Source: Elusimicrobiota bacterium (GTDB lineage Bacteria > CG03 > SLGR01 > JBDRKX01). Taken from it: DNA of 22,735 bases. The position numbers and the translations under genes were made by a program. The notes below the pieces were generated by a model. It worked only from the letters and a program-made list of their open reading frames with translations, made no database searches and had not been told where the DNA came from. Shown one piece after another: positions 13,101 through 22,100 of the stretch; positions within the stretch are counted from its first letter, which is position 1, and the number at the start of each line of letters is the position of its first letter. The stretch spans positions 1 to 22,735 of the forward strand of contig JBDRKX010000116.1 of the NCBI GenBank assembly GCA_043813605.1, given 5' to 3'.

Positions 13101-16100
13101 TCACCGTCCTGGTCAAGATGGCGCGTGAAGATGTTAAATCGGCAGAAAAATTCGCGGTTACCCGCTTGTTTAAAGATATAATGAGCGGCAAGGATAACCG
13201 TCTGACAAGGATGGCGGCGATCGCGGGTAAAGCTGTGAGCGTTATGGCTTCCTGGGATGAGGTAGGTTCCGGTTCCATGAAATATTTCAGTACGCCAAAA
13301 GGTACGATCGACTGGGATAAAATCCTGGATTCGGGTGAGAGCGCCGCGCTCTTTAGCGCGATGGCCGATATCTCGAAGAAAGAGCGTAAGATGAAAGTCG
13401 AAGTACTTGAACAGCTCTACTCCGTTATTAATTGGGACGAACTGCTCAAAAACAGGGATTCTGTAATAGGATTCTCGAGGTTTGTGGGAGAAAATGTCAT
13501 AAGGTGGGTGTCTGAAAACCCGGATATGATGGCAGGCCTGCCGGTTATTAACGAAAAGATCTACGAATTCATGATGGTTATTGAGACTTTTGACAATATC
13601 CGCTATAACGCTGATCTTGTGAGCAAATTGTTCGACCGTCTGGAAAAGATCAAACGGTCTTCTGCTGAAAGAGATTCGTTCCAGCTGGCGTTTACTTTTC
13701 TTAATATGGCAGCTGACCTTAAGACCATAGGCCGGGAAGAAGCGACCGGTATGCTTTCGGAACTCCTTGAAATGGATACAGCAGAAGAATATCAGACCTT
13801 TATCAAAGAAGGGTTATCGGCTGCGGCAAGAAAGAATTTCCGGGAAAAACATTCCGAATATCCTGAAATAGATACTGACTGGAGAAAAGCCCTTGTTATC
13901 GGTCTTACGGGCTGGGATATACCGGAAAACAGGAGATTCAGATTAAATCTGGACGGCATAGTGAATAAGGTTGAAAGCGTAGTCGATCAAATGGGCGCTG
14001 ACAGGAACGACGACAGGGATTATTTCCTCGCACTGATATATGCTCTCCATCTCAGGTTCTATTCTCCGGAGATAATAGCCAGGTTTGAAAAAGGGTACCA
14101 TAAAAAACACGGGTTTGACTGCATGTCCTGGAACAACGGTTTCTTCTGGCGGACCTTTATAGGCGGCAACCTGCTGGCACTGGCTTCTGAAATAGGACAT
14201 GCTGTAGGAGGAAAGCTGGACATAGACCTGAAATGGGTATCTAATGCTGAATTACAGGACAGGCTGGGCGGGGTTAATATACTGAGAAAGACAGCGCATC
14301 TTGCATTCGAAAATGCTTCTGAATATGTCATACAGGTAAACAAATATGCAGAGGGAGTACTGGAAGAATGGATAACAGGCCGGATAGAAGAAGAGGACAA
14401 GGAGAAACTGTTAGAAAAACTGAAAAAACAGATAAGTAAAGAAAGACTCTTAAAGATCCGCAAGGCTGTTGAGGACGATGCGGATACAACTGTTGAAACG
14501 GTCCTTGAGATGCTCACTCCTTCCGAAATATACAATATAGGCAAAGAGATGGCAGGAGAGGAACTATTTATAGATGATGCTGTCATGGATTTCAGGCGGG
14601 AATTCATAGAGGCGGCTAAAGAAAAAGCAAAAGAAGATATAGATAACGCCGTAGGCGTGATGGCTTTTTCAACGGAAAAATATCACGGTGTCCGGGATGT
14701 CGTACTGAAACCCTATGAAGCCTACAGAGAGATCCATGAAATGGCGGAGCGGCTGAGCCAGGATGTTTTTGTCAAGCTTGTGCTTGCTTTAAGGGATGCA
14801 AATGTGGATGTCAATGTGATACCGTATGTGAACGCAAAAGCCACAGAATGGATACTAACGACGACAAAACAGAAGACCACTGAAGACTGGGAATCGGTTG
14901 TAGAGCAGGCAAAGAAGATAGACGCGAAACTGATAAATAAATGGGTCGCGGAACTGGCTGAGGAGAACATAGTAAACATAGATAAGTCTATTCCGGTAAG
15001 GACAGTCAGTTTTGAAACGGTCATACGGGAAGCAAGGGAAATGGGTGTAAAATCCATCTCTAATCTCCTGGATACTTTCTCCGGTTTCATCAAAGGCGAT
15101 CTTGTACTGGGTCTCCACGAGGTGATAACGGAGAGACTTCCGCATATAGCATCGATCCTGGGCATATTCAAGGGTGTAGCTGAATATGTACATGAGGAAG
15201 AACAGAAACAGATAGGTTCTGATGTGGCATACGGTGAGGATCTTGCCGGATTATACTTGAACGCGATAAGGCTTATTTCAAGGATAGAGCCGAATTCAGG
15301 ACTTATTCTTGCGCTTCTAAGCGCTGTAAAGAATTCAGCCGTAGAACTGCTCAAAGGCCCGGGTGAAACAAGGGTGTATGATATAGAAGAACTTGAAGAT
15401 GCAGCATGGAGATCGCAGCTCAGGTCACTCCAGAAGGTGTCGGGATTTAAAGTAAAGATTAGCAGACAGTACAGTGACTACCTGCTTGCTGACAGGAACA
15501 TGTACCTGCTCGCGACAGTTGACGGCTCGGAGATGATAATCCACGAGTCTGTACTCAAGACCCTCGAAAGGCGCGGTGCGCCGGAAGGTTATACTGTACA
15601 GTCTTTCCTGAGGCTCCTTGCAAGGCATGAGATGTCAGAATCCAGTTTCCTTAATGAAAACAGGGGAAGCACTTCAGCGGATTTTCACGAGTTACTGGCA
15701 GAAGTCGATCCTGAACAGATGGTGCTCTTCAGTTTCAAGGACGAGATATTTGATGAGATGGAATCACCTACTGAAGAATACCTGTGGCATGAAATAGAGC
15801 CGGCAGCGGAAGAGGTCCTTGATGCAGAAGTTGACGAAGCCTTTGAAGCGGGAGTCCATGAGATCGGCAGAGATATCTTCGACAGGACGATGCAGCACCA
15901 GAAAGGTGTCAGTGGAAAACTCAATATTGCCGGCAAGATAATGGAATGGGGCATGAAGGACGAATATACAAAGTTACAGTTGCTCTTTTTCATAGACGTG
16001 CTGCCGAAACTTACCAGCAGGGGAATAGTACAGCATATGGCCGAATATTTTCCTGTAAAAGATACAAGGCTTCCTGTTTCCCTGAGATTGATGGTGGGAA

Positions 16101-19100
16101 TAGGCAGAATAGCTGCAAAAGTTCCTTTTGTCGGCACACCGATCGTTGCGGCAATAGTGCGGTTCTCAGTAAAGATGACCGCAAAGAACTTCTTTGCAGG
16201 CGTAACAGAGAAGGAAGTGGGAAAAGCGATAACAAAGTCTGCTTCTAAGGGGCTCAAACATACGATAGACGTACTCGGGGAAGCTGTTCTCAGTAAAGAA
16301 GAAGCAGACGAGTATGTTGATACTTATATCAATAAACTGCTCAGCTCGGAAGGCCTGCGCGGTAAACTCGAAAATGTATCTGTCAAACTGACTTCACTAT
16401 ATTCTGAATTCAATCCTATGGACTTTGAAGGAACGAAGGCTGCTGTTAAAACGAGACTGAAAGAGATAGTAGAAAAAGCAAAAGAGGCCGGTGTTTTTGT
16501 AAATATAGACATAGAGCAGTATGACTATAAGGATATAACGATCGAGATATTCAAGGAAATGATACTTGAAGACGAAGGCCTTAATATGAACAATTTCGGC
16601 ATAGCCATACAGGCGTACCTGGAAGATTCTTATGAAGATGTCAGCGACCTTGTCGATTTTGCAAAGATCAACAATCGTACTTTTACCTTAAGGCTTGTCA
16701 AAGGCGCTTACTGGGAGTACGAGAACCTTATTTCCGAATACTACGGCTGGGAATCGCCGGTATTCGGGAAAAAGCACGAGACAGATTTGAATTACGAGCT
16801 TATTATCAATTTGCTCTTTGAGAACAAACATTTGATAAAGCCTGCCATAGCTACTCATAACATAAGGAGCATGGCGGTGGCACTGGCTATTGCGGATAAA
16901 TACGGTGCGACTCCGGAGGAATTTGAATTCCAGATACTCTACGGTATGGGCGAAGCGATGAAAAAAGCCCTTATAGACAAGGGATATACTGTCAGGGAAT
17001 ACACTCCTTACGGTAAACTTCTTGTCGGCATGGCATATCTTGTGCGCAGGATACTTGAGAATACCTCTAACGATTCTTTCCTGCGGCTGACTTTCCATGA
17101 AGGGCAGGATGTTGACAGTCTTCTGGCTGCTCCCGCATATCAGGCTAAACTGATTAAACTGAAAGGACACCTGGACAGGATAAACAATGTTCTTCAAGCC
17201 AAGAAAGCTGAAAAAGCAGAAAAAGCCGCCAAGGAAGAAAAGGAGATATCTCCCCTCAAGGCACAGTATGAAAAGTATGTCGGTATTCTTGAAGAACGGG
17301 CAGATGGCGCTGTAAAGAGCTATTCCGCAGAGATCAACAGTTACGAATATATACCGTACGGTAAAGGCAAAGTTATATTCAGTATCAGACCGGATGCGAT
17401 CGAACTCAGAAAAGCCGTGCTTTCCGCGCTTGCTGCCGGAAACGAGATAAACGAAATACTTGTACCCGGGATTGCTGTAGAAGGCGCCGAGTACCTTGTA
17501 AGCGATCTTGTAAAAGAAGGATTACTGGAAGAGGCTGTAAGAGTGAATATTTATTCCGATAAACTTGCACTTGATGCTGTTTCGGATTCAGGACTCGACT
17601 GGGTCTTCTTTAAAGGTAAAAAAGAAGAGGAAGCAAGACTGAGGGCGCAAGCTGCTGTTACGCCGGAAGATGCGGTTTCAGCCAAGATAATGATAACCGG
17701 TGTCAGGCCGGAACTTGTTATGGAATTCGTAACGGCAAAGACTATTACAGAGAACATGCTGCGAAGGGGCGTTGCTCCGGAACTGTCTGGTTCCGCAAAA
17801 TACAGAACGCCTTTCCGGAACGAATCTCTTGTTGATTTTTCGGAAGAAAGCGAAAGACGGCAGATGGTGCGTGCTCTTGAAAAGGTCAAGAATACCATAA
17901 AAACCCAGAAACAACCTTCCCCGCTGATAATTGGCGGAAAAGAGGTTAAGACAGACGGTATAATGGAATCAGTCAATCCTGCGGATCCGTCTCTGGTAGT
18001 AGGTTCAGTATATCGGGCGCGGCCGGCTGAAGCTGAAGAAGCCGTGAAGGCTGCGAAAAAAGCTTTTGAGAGCTGGAGCAGGAAGAGCGCATCCGAAAGG
18101 GCCGAATTTCTGCACGCTGCACTTAGGATAATGAGAAAAAGGAAATACGAACTTGCCGCATGGATGACATATGAAGTAGGCAAGAACTGGCGCCAGGCGC
18201 TCGGAGATGTCGATGAAGCGATGGATTTCCTTGATTTCTATGCGCACGAGGCGGTCCGTATCGAAGAAGAAGATAAAACAAAAGGTATCACTGATTGGCA
18301 GAGGGTTCCCAGAGGCGTCTGTGCCGTAGTAGCGCCCTGGAACTTCCCGCTTGCCATACTTACAGGCATGACAGCGGGGGCGGTTGCGTCCGGTAATACA
18401 GCCATAATGAAACCGGCAAGCCAGTCTTTTGTAATAGCCGGAAAACTTATGGATATATTCAGGGAAGCCGGGCTGCCTGAAGGAGTCGTGAACTACCTGC
18501 CGGGAATGGGCAGGGAGATAGGTGATTATCTTGTCAGCCATCCTGATGTGGATATGATAACCTTTACGGGTTCGGAAGCGGTCGGTCTTTCAATAAACGA
18601 GAAAGCCGGTAAAACGGACCGTGAAATACCTAAAAAGGTCATAGCCGAAATGGGCGGCAAGGATGCTGTTATTGTCGATTCCAGTGCTGATATAGACCAG
18701 GCTGTTGCCGGAGTAGTCACTTCGGCATTCGGATTCTCCGGACAGAAATGTTCCGCCTGTTCCCGTGTGATCGTCCATGAAGACGTCTATGAAGAATTTC
18801 TTGAGAGGCTGAAAGGAAAGGTAGCTGCACTCAAGATCGGTGACGGGATAGAACCGGATACGTTTGTTAACCCGGTAATAGATGCCGGCGCGAGAGAAAA
18901 GACTCTCGGATTCATAGAAAGGGCAAAGAATGCCGGTATAGACGTTTTAGTAGAGAGAGGAATAGCTCCTCTTGTTGAAAAAGGCGAGATAAACAAAGAA
19001 GGTTTCTACGTAGGCCCGGTTGTTTTTAAGGATGTCCCGCGGGATGCCGAAATCGCGCAGGAAGAGATATTCGCGCCTGTTCTTGCGGTCATGAAAGCAA

Positions 19101-22100
19101 GGAGTTTCGATGATGCTGTTGATATAGCCAATGATACACGATTCGCTCTTACGGGCGGAATATATTCGAGAACACCGAGTCATATAGAAAGAGCAAAAAA
19201 GGAATTCATGGTTGGTAATTTCTATATTAACAGGAACATAACCGGCGCGCTTGTTTCACAGCAGCCGTTCGGCGGTTTCAAGCGTTCGGGTATAGGTCTC
19301 GCAAAAGCGGGTGGACCTGATTATATGTACCAGTTCATGCGCTGGGAAAGAACGGTTGCCGAAGAAAAAGACAAGATAGATTACGCGCAGATAAAAGTCG
19401 ATGGATTCGATAAGCTCAGCAAGAACCAGAAACTGCTTGCATATTATCTCCATCAGTCCGCGCTCGCCGGCTGGGACATAACGTTTAAACAGTTCCATAA
19501 ACAGGGACTTACGGTCAGGAACCTTATGGAAGAGATAATAACGCATTCTGATGGTATTGACCCTGTAGTCCTTGAGAAGATCCGCGATTATACGCATCGC
19601 GTATGGGCGATGCGAGGTATCTATCATAATGTTACCCAGAAAAAACAGATCCCTGATTTTACGCTTGAAGAGCTGCAGGCAGCAGCGTTGAAAGCAAAAG
19701 AGAACGGAGCATTCCAGGGCGCGGATAATATAAGGAATATATTCGGGCTGCTGATAGATGAAGAACCGGCACGCTACAAGAATGCCGTTCTGGTTAGCGG
19801 CGGTACCGATGAATATGCGGTTGAACTGCTTGCTCCTGCGCTAAAAAATATGATTGACGATCTCGACAGGATAATATTCGATCCGGATTTTGATCCTGTG
19901 CTCACTAATATGACTGAAAGCGCGGATAAAGCCTTGTCAAGCGGGGTTAATTTCTACGAGAACCTTACTGATGCCGAGATAGATTCTTATAAGAAACCTA
20001 AGACACTTGCCGGCAGGATAGGCGCATGGATGAACTGGATATTCCTTTTCGGCTGGAGAACGCGCCAGCGGCCTTATGAGCGCTATAGTGAAAACAGCAG
20101 GCTCGTGAAGGTCAACGGCAGACTGACAGAGCAGGTAGCCCGTGCGGGAGATCCGAAAAAAGGCATACCGGCGGGTATTCTTGCTGAAGAATATGCGAAT
20201 ATGATAAGGAACCTGGGAAAAGCTATCGAATATGCCGAACCTAAACAGGCCAAAGCGCTGAGGCACCTGGTAAACCATTTCCGGACAGGTGATCCGAAAG
20301 AGTTTGAACGCTACAATATCGCCTGGGTACAGGACGGCGCTTTTGTCGACGTGGTAATAGGACTCATCGAATCTTATGACGATCCGTATAACAAGAAAGC
20401 CACTTTTGAGGCTTCACTCAATATAGGTGACCCGACAATGGATGATATAGTGTCTCAACTCCGGACAAATGCAGAGTATATGGAAAAGAATGCCCCGTGG
20501 GATGACCTCTATAAGAAGAAAGAGGTTCAACTGCCTAACGTGAAATTCATCCAGGATATACTGCGTACAGGTTCGTCGGGAGGAATATCCCATACACTGG
20601 GCTATAACCTTCCCAACGATAGAAGTATAGTCGAGAAATATGGCACCAAGAGCACTATAATACAGAATATAATGCCGGCGCTGGAAGAAGCCAAAAAAGG
20701 AAAAGTACTGGCTGAATACTCGGCCGATCCTGAGCGTGATTCCGCACTGAAGAAGAAGTGGGGTAAACTGTCCACTGCGCTCATGATAGCTTTCCACGAA
20801 GGTGCCGGCCATGCCCTCGGACGCAATAATCCGTCGCTTTCAGGTATTTCTAAGGACCACTTGAAGCAGTACTATCTTGCTCTCGAAGAAGCCCGTGCGG
20901 AACTCGCGGCATTATGGTTTATCGGGGACGAGGAGTTCCTAGCAAACGGTCTTGTGCCGGATGAAAAGCTGACTGAATGGGCATTCAGATCATTTATGAT
21001 GAGTAACGGACTCGTGAGCCTGAGAACAGTACCAAAGAGCTCTGACCGGAAAGAAGGCGCGCACGCGATCGGGCGCAACCTGATAGTCAACTATCTACTG
21101 GGATTCAGTGAAGATTCGCTGAATGACCTGAAGAAAGCCGGTGTAAAGAACCTGCGCCGTGTCCAGGGTGCTCTCGAATTGAAAGTAATAGACGGTAAGA
21201 CATATGTAGAGGTGATCGATGTAGAAAAAGCGCATGAAGCTGTAGGTGAACTTGCCGCTGAGCTGATGAGAGTCATAGGCGAAGGTGATTTTAAAGCTGC
21301 AAAAGCGCTGGTTGAAACATACGGCGTGCCGGTCAATACTGAACTAAGGGACGAGGTACACGAGAGATATGAAACTCTCGACATACCTCTCTATATCGCG
21401 GAGATACAGCCTGAACTGAGGCCTGTATACGATGCCTCAGGTATGATAATTGATGTCGAGATATTCTATCCGGAGAACTTTGAAGAACAGATGCTCAGGA
21501 ATTCCGGAAGACTGCCTCAGATGGCTGTGAACAGCGAAGGTATAACCGTTCCGATTGATTCCATAGGCAGGGCTATAAAGGCTGCCGGCACGATGGTACC
21601 GGCAGGTGATCTTGCTGAGCTCAGGAATATCATGAGTTCGATACGCGAGCTCATAGAGAGCGGAAATGCGGCTAAACTCGACGAGATGCTTCCTGTTTCA
21701 AAGGATATCCTCGAACGGGTTTACCAGTACCAGTCGCGTGATAAGGAATCCCTGGTGGTCGATACAAAGAACAGCATAGGCTCTTACCTTGCGACAGTTG
21801 ACGGCGAATACCTGCTCGATATGGCAAGCGGATTCGGTTCTAATCCGATGGGATATAACCGTCCGGAGATACTCAACGCGTTCCTCAGGTACCTGAGCGA
21901 TGCGGCCAATAACCTGGCGTTCAGTGATTTCATAACAGAGTCGTACGTGAGGTACACGGAAAAACTCTCCGGCTATGCAAAATGTCTCGGATTGACGAAC
22001 GTGTTCTTCTGCAATACAGGCGCGGAATCGGTTGAAAACGCCATTAAGGCAGCCAAATATCACAGGCCTGCGTCCGAATACGTGGTTTCATTCGAACATG

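Noticed and set aside
14717..14737. Heptapeptide EAYREIH occurs here and at ~1697-1720
   Set aside because: The codons differ and the flanks do not align, so it is probably coincidental.
16082..16175. Hydrophobic stretch LRLMVGIGRIAAKVPFVGTPIVAAIVRF as a transmembrane helix
   Set aside because: It is interrupted by Arg, Lys and Pro and falls in the normal helical region preceding the PRODH barrel of PutA.
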